Assembly: GCA_007695005.1 (NCBI GenBank)
Contig: REEQ01000042.1
Span: forward strand, 2,146-66,145
Reading direction: 5' to 3'
Length of the DNA: 64,000 nucleotides
Source of the DNA: Wenzhouxiangellaceae bacterium
GTDB lineage: Bacteria; Pseudomonadota; Gammaproteobacteria; Xanthomonadales; Wenzhouxiangellaceae
The notes under the pieces are model-generated. The model had not been told where the DNA came from. It worked only from the letters and a program-made list of their open reading frames with translations, and made no database searches. Below, in pieces: positions 20,483 to 30,335 of the stretch (the first letter of the stretch is position 1; the number at the start of each line of letters is the position of its first letter). The position numbers and the translations under genes are program-made.

Positions 20483-20539
20483 GGGAAAAGGGGGGAAGGG
20501 CAGAGGGGGAGATGGAAGAAGCGAGAGAGGCGAGAACAG
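20483..20539. repeat. Polypurine box GGGAAAAGGGGGGAAGGGCAGAGGGGGAGATGGAAGAAGCGAGAGAGGCGAGAACAG
   Basis: Lies in the divergent hflK / mtnB intergenic region. The opening GGGAAAAGGGG...GGGGAG is shared with the box at 61024-61078. Confidence 0.65.
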
Positions 20540-20617
20540 ATCTCGGGCCAAAGATGAAAAAATCCATTCATCCCGCCAGCTATACTTCACCGATTTCCAC
20601 GCTAACAGAAACCAGAC

Positions 20618-21250
20618 ATGGACCAAACCGGACAAGCGGTTGCCGAGGCGCGTATTGACGCCCTGATCCGCGTCGCACGCGAATTTGGGCAGCAAGGCTG
20701 GACGCCGGCGACCAGCGGCAATTACTCGGTACGGACCGCGGAAAGTCGCTTGATGATGACCAGGTCCGGTGTCCACAAGCGTGATCTCGACCGTGGCGGG
20801 CTGATGCCCGTGGACCTGGACGGTCAGCCGATCGAGGGCGGTCGGCCGTCTGCTGAAACCGGGCTGCATACCCAGCTGTACCGGCACTTTCCGGGCGTCA
20901 ATGCGGTGTTGCATGTCCATTCGCCGGCCGCGACCGTCGCTTCGCGGATGTTTCAGGCCCAGGGCAGCATAGAACTTTCCGATTACGAAATGCTCAAGGC
21001 ATTTGCCGGCATCACGACGCATGCCACTGCGGTGACCGTGCCCGTTTTGCCGAATGAGCAGAATATTGCCAGCCTTGCAGCCTCGGTGGAACCCTGGCTG
21101 GCCGATGGCCGGGCGAGCTGGGTCTACCTGATTGCCGGGCACGGTCTGTATGCCTGGGGCTCGGAAGTGGCCGATGCGGCCCGCCATGTCGAGGCCCTGG
21201 AGTTTCTGCTAGCCTGCCACCTTCTGGAACAGCGAGTAAACGCAGCATGA
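20618..21250 (+). CDS. mtnB: Methylthioribulose-1-phosphate dehydratase
   Basis: Class II aldolase fold. GWTPATSGNYS, PSAETGLHTQLY and VLHVHS motifs. Confidence 0.88.
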   Translation: MDQTGQAVAEARIDALIRVAREFGQQGWTPATSGNYSVRTAESRLMMTRSGVHKRDLDRGGLMPVDLDGQPIEGGRPSAETGLHTQLYRHFPGVNAVLHVHSPAATVASRMFQAQGSIELSDYEMLKAFAGITTHATAVTVPVLPNEQNIASLAASVEPWLADGRASWVYLIAGHGLYAWGSEVADAARHVEALEFLLACHLLEQRVNAA

Positions 21251-21792
21251 CGCAATTGAGTGTTTATCCGGATACCCGGCCTGATGAGGCCGAACTGCTT
21301 ACCGAAGATTTCGCCACCATCAAGGCCAGGTTGGCCGAGGTCGGCGTTGATCTCGAGCGTTGGGAAACCGACCATACGATCAATTCCAGCGCAGATTCTG
21401 AGAGCATCCTTAAGGCCTACGCCGCCGACATCGAACGTCTGCAGCGAGAAGAAGGCTACCAGGCCGTTGATGTAGTGAGCATGGTGCCCGACCACCCTGA
21501 CAAGGCCATGTTTCGGACCAAGTTTCTTGCCGAGCACACCCATAGCGAAGATGAGGTCCGTTTCTTCGTTGCCGGCCAGGGTCTTTTCAGCCTGCATATC
21601 GATGGCCGCGTATTCGAGGTCTTGTGCGGACGCGGTGACCTGATCCGCGTGCCTGCCAACACCACCCACTGGTTTGACATGGGCCCGAACCCGGAATTTA
21701 CCGCCATTCGCCTGTTCAATAACCCGGAAGGCTGGGTGGCGAACTTTACCGGCAGCGATATCGCCGATCACTTCAGTCGCCTGGAGAACTGA
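21247..21792 (+). CDS. mtnD: Acireductone dioxygenase (ARD)
   Basis: Cupin with EHTHSEDEVRFFVAGQG...HWFDMG. 4-nt overlap with mtnB. Confidence 0.9.
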   Translation: MTQLSVYPDTRPDEAELLTEDFATIKARLAEVGVDLERWETDHTINSSADSESILKAYAADIERLQREEGYQAVDVVSMVPDHPDKAMFRTKFLAEHTHSEDEVRFFVAGQGLFSLHIDGRVFEVLCGRGDLIRVPANTTHWFDMGPNPEFTAIRLFNNPEGWVANFTGSDIADHFSRLEN

Positions 21793-22478
21793 TGGCCGAG
21801 GTGGTCCTGACCGATATCGAGGGCACGATTGCCGATATCGACTTCGTTCGCAAGATCCTTTTCCCCTACGCGCGTGAGCGTCTGCCGGCCTTTGTCCGGC
21901 GGCATGCGCAACAGGCCGATGTGGCGGCCCAGCTCGACGCCACCGCTGCCCAGGCCGATCTGCCCCGGCATGACCTGGCTGCCCTGGTCGAACAGTTGCT
22001 GCGCTGGATAGACCAGGACGTCAAGGCCACGCCCCTGAAGGCCCTGCAGGGCATGATCTGGAAGGCCGGCTATGTTGATGCGGATTTCGCCGGCCATCTT
22101 TACCCGGATGCCAGACTGCAACTCCAGGCCTGGCACGAGGCCGGCGTGCCGTTGTATGTGTACTCATCAGGTTCAATCCAGGCCCAGCAGCTGTACTTTC
22201 AATATAGTGACTGCGGCGATGTGCGTCGCTGGTTCAGCGGTTTCTTCGATACGACCAGCGGCCCGAAGAAGGAAGCGGAATCCTACCGTCGGATCGCCTC
22301 CGTGATTGGGCAAGATCCGGGTGCCATCCTGTTTCTGTCAGATGTCGTCGAAGAACTGGATGCGGCACGCGAGGCCGGCATGGCAACGGCGCAGATCTGC
22401 CGTCCCGGCAACCAGGCGTACGGCCAGCACCTTCGCTATGCCAGCTTGGCCGAACTCCCGGCGCTTGGCGACTGCTGA
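21792..22478 (+). CDS. mtnC: Enolase-phosphatase E1 (acireductone synthase)
   Basis: HAD motif I LTDIEGT. Family-typical N-terminus. Abuts mtnD. Confidence 0.88.
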   Translation: MAEVVLTDIEGTIADIDFVRKILFPYARERLPAFVRRHAQQADVAAQLDATAAQADLPRHDLAALVEQLLRWIDQDVKATPLKALQGMIWKAGYVDADFAGHLYPDARLQLQAWHEAGVPLYVYSSGSIQAQQLYFQYSDCGDVRRWFSGFFDTTSGPKKEAESYRRIASVIGQDPGAILFLSDVVEELDAAREAGMATAQICRPGNQAYGQHLRYASLAELPALGDC

Positions 22479-22561
22479 TCCTGAAACATTCGGACCTCGA
22501 ACCGAAGATAATCTCAGCCGGCATCGACGCTGCTTCGATCATGCCGGCCAGCCGCTAAACT

Positions 22562-23281
22562 ATGGGCATGACTTCCGTGTCCAACCAGCCCTTCTCGGCT
22601 CGCAGCGAGCGCAAGGTCGAGCACCAGCGTCGAGGAAGGCGCACGCGTCAGGCCATCCTGGATGCCACCCTGGAAGTGATCGCCGAAGGTGGCGTGCGCG
22701 CGGTGACCCATCGGGCCGTTGCGGCAAAAGCAGGCGTGAATCTGTCGCTGACAACCTACTATTTCAGCGATATCTTCGACCTTGTTTCCAGCGCCTTCGA
22801 TGATTTCATGCTCAAGGGCAGGGCCCGCGTCGAGCAGGCCTGGGCAGAGGTGTTTGCCAGCGTGTACCGGTATTCCGCTCAACAGCGCCGACGCAAGGCG
22901 GTGCGCGAGTCCTTGCGGCGCGAGCTGACAAACATTGGTGTTGATTTCCTGCAGCACGAACTGACCACTCGGCGAGCCGGTACGATGGTTGAGCATCATT
23001 TCTATTTCGAGGCGCTGCATGATCCGCGTCTGCGCGAGCTTTACGACGCCTGGCACCAGCCGATGTTTGAGCAAATGACCCGGTTCGCAGCAGTTTTCAA
23101 TCGGCAAACGCCGGAAGTGGATGCGGAATTGCTGATTGGCACCATTTTCCGGATCGAGCACCGGGCCCTGGCTGAACCCGTTGATCGCGCCGAGATGGTG
23201 GCCATGCTGGGCCGGGCCCTGGGGTGGATCATGCACTTGAACAGTCCCTGGCCGAACTCCAAGGAGGAAGAAACATCATGA
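22562..23281 (+). CDS. TetR family transcriptional regulator
   Basis: N-terminal TetR HTH (RRTRQAILDATLEVIAEGGVRAVTHRAVAAKAGVNLSLTTYYF). The stop overlaps the next start (ATGA). Confidence 0.88.
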   Translation: MGMTSVSNQPFSARSERKVEHQRRGRRTRQAILDATLEVIAEGGVRAVTHRAVAAKAGVNLSLTTYYFSDIFDLVSSAFDDFMLKGRARVEQAWAEVFASVYRYSAQQRRRKAVRESLRRELTNIGVDFLQHELTTRRAGTMVEHHFYFEALHDPRLRELYDAWHQPMFEQMTRFAAVFNRQTPEVDAELLIGTIFRIEHRALAEPVDRAEMVAMLGRALGWIMHLNSPWPNSKEEETS

Positions 23282-24657
23282 GCAACTCGCCGGACTACGG
23301 CTCGATGATCGAATCGCTGCGCCAGAGCTTCGCCAGCGGCCTGACCAGGCCACTGGACTGGCGGCGTGGCCAGCTCTACGCGCTTGAGCGCATGCTCAAG
23401 GAAAATGAGCCGGCAATCAGCAAAGCGCTGGTTGCCGACCTGGCCAAGCCCGAGCAGGAGGTGCTGCTGGGGGAGTTGTCCTTGCTTTATGCCGAGATTC
23501 GACATGCGCAGCGCAATCTCAAGCGTTGGTCACGGGCTCGTCGGGTCTTTACTCCCATGGTCGGTCAGCCCGGGCGCAGCTGGGTGCAGCCCGAGCCCCT
23601 GGGCGTGGTGCTGATCATGGGGGCCTGGAATTATCCGGTACAGCTGGTCCTGAGCCCGCTGATTCCGGCTCTGGCTGCCGGCAACTGCGCGGTCATAAAA
23701 CCATCGGAAATTGCCGCTCACACCGCTGATCTGATGGCTGAGCTGATTCCTCGCTACCTCGACAGTGCGGCGGTGCAAGTGGTGCTCGGTGCGGTGGACG
23801 AAACAACAGAGCTGCTCAAGCAGCGTTTCGATCATGTTTTCTACACCGGAGGCGCGACAGTTGGTCGTATCGTCATGCGCGCCGCTGCCGAACACCTTAC
23901 CCCGGTCACCCTGGAGCTGGGCGGCAAGAGCCCGGCGGTGATCGACTCCGACGCAGACCTCGATTCGGCCGCGCGCCGACTGGTCTGGGGGAAGTGTCTG
24001 AATGCGGGTCAGACCTGCATCGCTCCGGACTATGTGCTTGTTCAGCCGGAGCAGCGTGAGCCCCTGATTCAAGCCATGCAGCAACAGCTGGAGGCGATGT
24101 ACGGCCCGGACAGGCTGGCCAGTGGCGACTATGCCAAGATCATCAATCGTCGCCACTTCGATCGTCTCAGGGCCTACCTGGCGGCTGGCAAGGTTGTCGT
24201 CGGTGGGCGACTTGATGAAGCCAGGGAGCGCATCGAGCCTACCGTACTGGTCGATGTACAGGCGGACGATCCGGTCATGCAGGAAGAGGTTTTCGGGCCG
24301 ATCCTGCCGGTCTTGACCGTGTCGGGCATGGATGAGGCGGTGGCCTTTATCAGGGCCAGGGAGAAGCCGCTGGCCGCCTACCTCTTTACCAAGAGCAAGC
24401 AAAGCGAACGGCGTTTCGTCGATGAGGTCAGTACCGGTAACTTGTGCATCAATGATGTGCTGATGTTCATGTCCGTGCCGGAGCTGCCTTTTGGCGGGGT
24501 CGGCAACAGCGGCATGGGCCAGTATCATGGCAAGGCGGGTTTTGACCGATTGAGCCATCTGAAGGCCGTCATGAAGCGCAGTCGTTTCCCGGAGTTGCCG
24601 GTGCGCTTTGCGCCCTACAGCGACTTCAAGATGAAGCTGTTGCGGTGGCTGGGCTGA
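23278..24657 (+). CDS. NAD(P)-dependent aldehyde dehydrogenase (class 3 / fatty aldehyde type)
   Basis: ELGGKSP and GQTCIAPDY catalytic motifs. Start at the ATG 23278 after AAGGAGGA (23261-23268). Confidence 0.88.
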   Translation: MSNSPDYGSMIESLRQSFASGLTRPLDWRRGQLYALERMLKENEPAISKALVADLAKPEQEVLLGELSLLYAEIRHAQRNLKRWSRARRVFTPMVGQPGRSWVQPEPLGVVLIMGAWNYPVQLVLSPLIPALAAGNCAVIKPSEIAAHTADLMAELIPRYLDSAAVQVVLGAVDETTELLKQRFDHVFYTGGATVGRIVMRAAAEHLTPVTLELGGKSPAVIDSDADLDSAARRLVWGKCLNAGQTCIAPDYVLVQPEQREPLIQAMQQQLEAMYGPDRLASGDYAKIINRRHFDRLRAYLAAGKVVVGGRLDEARERIEPTVLVDVQADDPVMQEEVFGPILPVLTVSGMDEAVAFIRAREKPLAAYLFTKSKQSERRFVDEVSTGNLCINDVLMFMSVPELPFGGVGNSGMGQYHGKAGFDRLSHLKAVMKRSRFPELPVRFAPYSDFKMKLLRWLG

Positions 24658-24762
24658 ACCCTTGGGCCCGTCCGCGCTCAAACAGGGTGCAGGGGCGCTT
24701 CCGCCGGGCTGCTACTCCTGGCCGTGCACATCTTTCATCCACGCTGACCTGATAACCCAAGC

Positions 24763-25263
24763 ATGAACCGATTGATCCGGGGTCGCACCCCGTACCTGCT
24801 GATTTTTCTCGCCTGCGCTGGTCTCCTGGCCTACGCGCTTTACGCCCAGTTCGTGCTGGAACTGCCGCCTTGCCCGCTGTGCATGCTGCAGCGCTACGGT
24901 TTCATGCTGATGGGGCTGGTCGCGTTGCTGATGCTCGTGCACAACCCGAGCTCCTGGGGCCGCTGGGTCTATGCGCTGCCGTTCTTTGGCGGCGCGGCCT
25001 GGGGCATCAGCACTGCTGGTCGCCACCTGCGCATCCAGGGCACGGAGCCGGATCTCATGGGTGGTTGTGCCGCCGACTGGCAGTTCATGGTCGAAACCGA
25101 GTGGCCCTGGGCCGATCGGGTTCGTGAAGCCTTTACCGCCACGGGTGAGTGCACCGAGATCGACTGGGTTTTCCTGGGCTTGTCAATGCCCGGATGGACG
25201 CTGATCTGGTATGTTGGGCTTGCAGCGTTTATGCTGTGGGTTCTTATCGCTGGAAAGCGCTGA
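24763..25263 (+). CDS. dsbB: Disulfide bond formation protein B
   Basis: Four TM helices. CPLCMLQRY active-site motif and a second Cys pair in the periplasmic loop. Confidence 0.88.
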   Translation: MNRLIRGRTPYLLIFLACAGLLAYALYAQFVLELPPCPLCMLQRYGFMLMGLVALLMLVHNPSSWGRWVYALPFFGGAAWGISTAGRHLRIQGTEPDLMGGCAADWQFMVETEWPWADRVREAFTATGECTEIDWVFLGLSMPGWTLIWYVGLAAFMLWVLIAGKR

Positions 25264-25280
25264 TTACGCTGGATTTGTAA

Positions 25281-26651
25281 ATGACTGAACGTTTCAAGAC
25301 CATTACTCCGGCCAAGGGCTGGCGACCCGATTCCTGGCAGCAAAAGCCGGCGGGGCAGCAGGCCAGCTACGAGGATGAAAATGAACTGCGCGGTGCATTG
25401 GCGCGGCTGGCGGCGATGCCGCCGCTGGTCACCTCCTGGGAAATTCTCGCGCTCAAGCAGCAGATCGCAGAGGCCCAGGCCGGAAAACGTTTCTTTCTTC
25501 AGGGCGGTGATTGCGCCGAAGTGTTTGGTGAGTGCCAGTCCTCGATCATCGCCAATCGCCTGAAAGTGCTGTTGCAAATGTCGCTGATCCTGCTGCATGG
25601 GCTGGAGATGCCGGTGCTCAGGGTGGGCCGTTTTGCTGGCCAATACGCCAAGCCGCGCTCGGCCGACACCGAAACCCGCGATGGCGTCAGTTTGCCCAGC
25701 TATCGCGGCGACATGGTCAATTCGCCGGACTTCAATGCCGATGCGCGGCGGCCCGACCCGTCCCGCTTGCTGCAGGCGCATTCCTGTTCGGCGATGACAA
25801 TGAACTTCGTCCGCGCTCTTGTTGACGGCGGTTTTGCCGATCTGCATCACCCCGAGTACTGGGATCTGGGCTGGGTCGAGCATTCGCCGCTGGCGGCAGA
25901 ATTTCATCGCATTTCCGACAGCATAGGTCAGTCGGTGCGCTTCGTCGAAACCATTACCGGTCAGCAGCCTGGCAGTCTCAAGCGGGTCGACTTTTTCACC
26001 TCGCACGAGGCCTTGCACCTGCACTACGAGCAAGCTCTGACGCGCCAGGTGCCGCGGCAGTGGGGATGGTTCAACCTGGCGACCCATTTTCCCTGGATCG
26101 GCATGCGTACCGCCGAGATGGACGGTGCCCATGTCGAGATGTTCCGTGGCATCCGCAATCCGATGGGTATCAAGGTTGGGCCTGGTATGAGCGCCAGCTG
26201 GCTCAAGGACCTGATCCGCACCCTCAACCCGGACAATGAAGCCGGTCGTCTGGTGTTGATTCATCGCATGGGTGCCGGCAAGGTCGGTGATCATCTGCCG
26301 GGTTTGATCGAAGCGGCCAAGGCTACCGGGTCACCGGTGCTGTGGATCTGCGATCCCATGCATGGCAATACCGAAAGTGCTGCCAACGGCTACAAGACTC
26401 GCCGCTTTGCCAATATCCAGGCCGAGCTCGAGCAGGCCTTCGAGATTCACGCCGCCTGCGGCTCACGCCTGGGTGGGGTACACCTGGAGCTGACCGGCGA
26501 AAACGTCACCGAGTGCGTTGGTGGCGCCCGCGAACTCAATGAAGAAGACCTGGCCACCTGCTACAAGACCACCGTCGATCCGCGCCTTAACTACGAGCAG
26601 GCGCTGGAAATGGCGATGTTGGTGGTTAGAAAACACCGAAGCCTGGCCTGA
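25281..26651 (+). CDS. Class II 3-deoxy-7-phosphoheptulonate (DAHP) synthase
   Basis: 456 aa. Family-typical N-terminus (WRPDSW...KPAGQQASYED) and GDCAE motif. Confidence 0.9.
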   Translation: MTERFKTITPAKGWRPDSWQQKPAGQQASYEDENELRGALARLAAMPPLVTSWEILALKQQIAEAQAGKRFFLQGGDCAEVFGECQSSIIANRLKVLLQMSLILLHGLEMPVLRVGRFAGQYAKPRSADTETRDGVSLPSYRGDMVNSPDFNADARRPDPSRLLQAHSCSAMTMNFVRALVDGGFADLHHPEYWDLGWVEHSPLAAEFHRISDSIGQSVRFVETITGQQPGSLKRVDFFTSHEALHLHYEQALTRQVPRQWGWFNLATHFPWIGMRTAEMDGAHVEMFRGIRNPMGIKVGPGMSASWLKDLIRTLNPDNEAGRLVLIHRMGAGKVGDHLPGLIEAAKATGSPVLWICDPMHGNTESAANGYKTRRFANIQAELEQAFEIHAACGSRLGGVHLELTGENVTECVGGARELNEEDLATCYKTTVDPRLNYEQALEMAMLVVRKHRSLA

Positions 26652-26660
26652 CGGCCAGGC
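26641..26660 (+). terminator. Perfect 8-bp hairpin enclosing the DAHP synthase stop codon (weak terminator candidate)
   Basis: GCCTGGCC-tgac-GGCCAGGC. The TGA stop (26649-26651) sits in the loop. Only TT follows, so intrinsic-terminator status is uncertain. Confidence 0.3.
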
Positions 26661-26663
26661 TTC

Positions 26664-26742
26664 CCGGGTGAGGACGGAAGTGAGCAGGTAGAGGAAAAAC
26701 CCCGGGAGGGTTGCTTCTTCTCCCTACCTCTTTCCTCTCAGC
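26664..26742. repeat. Two-armed polypurine/polypyrimidine element between the convergent DAHP synthase and mdh genes
   Basis: Purine arm GTGAGGACGGAAGTGAGCAGGTAGAGGAAAAAC (26668-26700). Pyrimidine arm CTTCTTCTCCCTACCTCTTTCCTCTC (26714-26739). The arms are imperfectly complementary (shared AGGTAG core). CCCGGG is present at 26664 and 26701. Confidence 0.6.
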
Positions 26743-26754
26743 TTTTCCATACCA

Positions 26755-27744
26755 TCAAAGCAACGCCTCAACCGCCGCCCGCTCCTCGCGCAGCTCCTTG
26801 TCGGTGGCATCCATCCGTGCCCGCGAAAACTCATTGATTTTCAGACCCTGGACAATGTGGTACTTGCCGTTTTCGCAGGTGCAGGGGAAGGAGTAGATGA
26901 CGCCGGGGGCGATGCCGTAGCTGCCGTCGGAGGGAACAGCCATGGAGACCCAGTCATCGCCATCGGTGCCCAAGGCCCAATCACGGATATGGTCGATGGC
27001 GGCTGAAGCTGCGGAGGCGGCACTGGACGCGCCGCGCGCCTTGATGATGGCGGCGCCGCGCTGTTGCACGGTGGGGATGAAATCGTCCGTGTACCAGGCG
27101 GTATCGATCCCCTCCAGCGCCGGCTCGCCGGCTACCAGCGCGTGATGGAGATCGGGGTACTGGGTCGAGGAGTGGTTGCCCCAGATCGTCATCTTCTTGA
27201 TGTGGGTATGGTGCAGTCCGCTCTTGGCAGCCAGCTGAGCCAGGGCCCGATTGTGGTCCAGCCGGGTCATGGCAGTAAAGTTCTCCGCCGGCAGGTCCGG
27301 CGCATTGGCCTGCGCGATCAGGGCATTGGTGTTGGCTGGGTTGCCGACAACCAGCACCTTGACGTCGCGGCTGGCCACAGCGTTCAGTGCCTTGCCCTGG
27401 GGGCCGAAGATCTTGCCGTTTTCGCTGAGCAGATCGGCACGCTCCATGCCGGGGCCGCGGGGTCTGGCGCCAACCAGAATGGCGTAGTCAGCATCCCGGA
27501 AGCCTTCTTCCAGGTCGGTGGTGGCAACCACCCCGTGCAGCAGCGGGAAGGCGGCGTCATCAAGCTCCATGACCACTCCCTTGAGGGCATCCAGCGCCGG
27601 CGGAATTTCCAGCAACTGCAGAATCACGGGTTGATTCGGACCAAGCAGGTCGCCCGAGGCGATGCGGAAGCAAAGCTGGTAACCAATCTGGCCGGCAGCG
27701 CCGGTAATGGCAATGCGCTTGGGTTCGTTCATGGGTTTCTCCAC
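26755..27744 (-). CDS. mdh: Malate dehydrogenase
   Basis: [10 protein letters not shown] Rossmann motif. 329 aa of the LDH-like MDH class. Confidence 0.93.
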   Translation of the reverse strand: MEKPMNEPKRIAITGAAGQIGYQLCFRIASGDLLGPNQPVILQLLEIPPALDALKGVVMELDDAAFPLLHGVVATTDLEEGFRDADYAILVGARPRGPGMERADLLSENGKIFGPQGKALNAVASRDVKVLVVGNPANTNALIAQANAPDLPAENFTAMTRLDHNRALAQLAAKSGLHHTHIKKMTIWGNHSSTQYPDLHHALVAGEPALEGIDTAWYTDDFIPTVQQRGAAIIKARGASSAASAASAAIDHIRDWALGTDGDDWVSMAVPSDGSYGIAPGVIYSFPCTCENGKYHIVQGLKINEFSRARMDATDKELREERAAVEALL

Positions 27745-27979
27745 GTTCCTGAGGGTTGCAAACCTCCTATTCTAGCGACTTTGAAGGGATTGCCGGGCCG
27801 GCTCTCGGTAAATTTGGATCATCGACCACGACCTGGTCGCTGCGGCTGAATGCGATCTACATACTTGCCTGGTTGAGGCGTCGCTGGATGCTGATGTTGC
27901 AGGTCAGAGGATGACGGATGCTGTCGGCCGGACCTGGCACTGGTGGTAAGCTGGCAGGCAGTTGAATCGGGAGACTGCA

Positions 27980-29704
27980 ATGTGCCCACGTTTTGCCCTT
28001 GCGACCGTGCTCAGTGCGGCGCTGCTGCTGGTTGTGCCATCGGGGAAGGTAATGGCCGGCTTTGACCGTATTTCAGGTGACCCACGTGCCGGGCGCTCGG
28101 AGGTGGTGGCTGAGCATGGCATGGTTGCCACCTCGCATCCGCTGGCTACCCAGATCGGGCTGGATGTGCTCAAGGCGGGGGGGAACGCCATTGACGCTGC
28201 CATTGCCGCCAATGTTGCCCTTACCTTGATGGAGCCAACCGGCAACGGCATAGGCGGGGATCTGTTCGCCATCGTCTGGCATGCGGACAGCGAGTCGCTG
28301 CACGGCTATAACGGTTCCGGTCGCTCGCCGCAGAGCCTGAGCCTGGACTGGTTGCTGGAACAGGGCTTTGCTGACATACCCCAGCGCGGCCCGCTGCCGG
28401 TGTCCGTGCCCGGCGTTGTCGATGGCTGGTTTGCGCTGCACGAGCGTTTCGGTTCTGCCCCTATGGACAGCCTGCTTCAGCCCAGTATCGATTACGCCCG
28501 CAACGGCCATCCAGTCCCTGAGCTGATAGCCTGGTACTGGGAGCGCTCGGTGCCGATACTGTCCGAGTGGCCGGGTTTTGTTGAACAATTCACTATCGAC
28601 GGTCGTGCGCCGCGGGCCGGCGAGATCTGGAAGAACCCTTACTTTGCCGACACCCTGGAGATATTGATCAGGGAAGGCCGTGACGGTTTTTACAAGGGCG
28701 AGCTGGCCCAGCGCATCGCCGACTACATGGCCGCCAACGGCGGGTTTCTGAGTTATGAGGACATGGCCAGCCACCGTGGTGAGTGGATCGAGCCGGTGTC
28801 GACCAACTATCGAGGTGTCGATGTCTGGCAGCTGCCGCCTAATGGCCAGGGAGTGGCCGGGCTACAGATTCTCAACATCCTCGAAGGCTATGACCTGGCC
28901 AGCTACGGTTTCGGCTCTCCAGAGCATGTGCACCTGTTCGTGGAGGCCAAGAAGCTGGCCTTCGAGGATCGTGCTCGTCACTATGCCGACCCGGACTTCA
29001 TGGAGGTCGATGTGTCCTGGTTGATCAGCAAGGAGTACGCTGCCCAACGACGCCAGCTGATCGATCCCGAGCGCGCCGCGCGCAGCGTTGAGGCCGGTCA
29101 TCCGGCGCTCAATCAGGGCGACACGATCAACCTGGCTACGGCCGATCGCCATGGCAACATGGTGTCGCTGATCCAGTCCAACTATCGTGGCATGGGCTCC
29201 GGAATGACGCCGCCGGGCAGCGGCTTCATTCTGCAAAACCGCGGTGAAATGTTTGTGTTGAGAGAGGGGCACCCGAACAGCTTTGCGCCAGGCAAGCGGC
29301 CTTTCCACACCATCATTCCGGCCTTTTTGACCCGTGATGGCAAGCCCTGGGTCAGCTTTGCCCTGATGGGCGGCGGTATGCAGCCCCAGGGCCATGCCCA
29401 GATCGTTATCAACATGGTAGATTTCGGCATGGGTTTGCAGGCAGCCGGCGACGCCCCGCGCATCCACCACAGCGGTTCAACCGAGCCGACCGGCCAGGCC
29501 GTGCAGATGACCGACGGCGGCATCGTCAACCTGGAATCCGGTTTCCCCTACGAGACGGTGCGGGCGCTGATGAAACGCGGTCATCGGGTGCAATGGGCGC
29601 TGGGGCCGTACGGTGGCTTCCAGGCGGTCATGCGCGATCATGAATTCGGCGTCTACCGCGGCGCATCCGAGTCGCGCAAGGATGGCCAGGCAGCGGGCTA
29701 TTGA
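27980..29704 (+). CDS. ggt: Gamma-glutamyltransferase
   Basis: Signal peptide. Autoprocessing region GDTINLATADRHGNMVSLIQSNY. ATG at 27980 after GGGAG; the ORF track used an upstream TTG at 27962. Confidence 0.9.
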   Translation: MCPRFALATVLSAALLLVVPSGKVMAGFDRISGDPRAGRSEVVAEHGMVATSHPLATQIGLDVLKAGGNAIDAAIAANVALTLMEPTGNGIGGDLFAIVWHADSESLHGYNGSGRSPQSLSLDWLLEQGFADIPQRGPLPVSVPGVVDGWFALHERFGSAPMDSLLQPSIDYARNGHPVPELIAWYWERSVPILSEWPGFVEQFTIDGRAPRAGEIWKNPYFADTLEILIREGRDGFYKGELAQRIADYMAANGGFLSYEDMASHRGEWIEPVSTNYRGVDVWQLPPNGQGVAGLQILNILEGYDLASYGFGSPEHVHLFVEAKKLAFEDRARHYADPDFMEVDVSWLISKEYAAQRRQLIDPERAARSVEAGHPALNQGDTINLATADRHGNMVSLIQSNYRGMGSGMTPPGSGFILQNRGEMFVLREGHPNSFAPGKRPFHTIIPAFLTRDGKPWVSFALMGGGMQPQGHAQIVINMVDFGMGLQAAGDAPRIHHSGSTEPTGQAVQMTDGGIVNLESGFPYETVRALMKRGHRVQWALGPYGGFQAVMRDHEFGVYRGASESRKDGQAAGY

Positions 29705-29757
29705 TGGCGGCCATGCCTGCCCCTGACAACTCAAAAAACCTCAAGAGGATCAAAACG

Positions 29758-30324
29758 ATGTACAAGAAGCTGACGGCATTTGCCGCCCTGTTGTCTGTGT
29801 CGGTACCGCTATGGGCCAATCCGCTGGACGAGTACTGGTCGAATCTGGAGTCGCTGTGCGGCCAGGCCTTTGAGGGGGAGCTGATCACCCATCCGGAAGG
29901 AGAGGACGGCTTCGTCGGTCATCGTCTGGTGATGCACGTGCGAGACTGCCAGGAGGACCGCATTCGCATCCCCTTCGTGGTGGGCGACGATCTGTCCCGG
30001 ACCTGGGTGCTGACTCGCAAGGACGACCGACTCGAGCTCAAGCACGATCATCGTCATGACGACGGAACGCCGGAAGAAACCACCATGTACGGTGGCACGA
30101 CGACCAATCTGGGCCGAGCCAACGAGCAGTATTTTCCGGCCGGCGAGCAGACCCGCGGGGTCATCGAGGCTGCGTTCTCGAATGTCTGGGTGATGCGGGT
30201 GTTCCCGGGTGAAAAATTCACCTATGGTTTGTGGCGGCTGGGAACACCGCGGGTCTTTCAGGTGGATTTCGATCTGACACAGCCAGTCGAGGCGCCACCG
30301 GCTCCCTGGGGGTGGGAAGACTGA
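29758..30324 (+). CDS. Hypothetical exported protein
   Basis: ATG at 29758 after AAGAGGA. Signal peptide MYKKLTAFAALLSVSVPLWA. No family recognised. Confidence 0.6.
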   Translation: MYKKLTAFAALLSVSVPLWANPLDEYWSNLESLCGQAFEGELITHPEGEDGFVGHRLVMHVRDCQEDRIRIPFVVGDDLSRTWVLTRKDDRLELKHDHRHDDGTPEETTMYGGTTTNLGRANEQYFPAGEQTRGVIEAAFSNVWVMRVFPGEKFTYGLWRLGTPRVFQVDFDLTQPVEAPPAPWGWED

Positions 30325-30335
30325 TCCCGGCCCGG

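Noticed and set aside
19931-21187. 418-aa minus-strand ORF spanning hflK and mtnB
   Set aside because: It crosses an intergenic region and two confidently identified genes on different strands. It is a shadow ORF.
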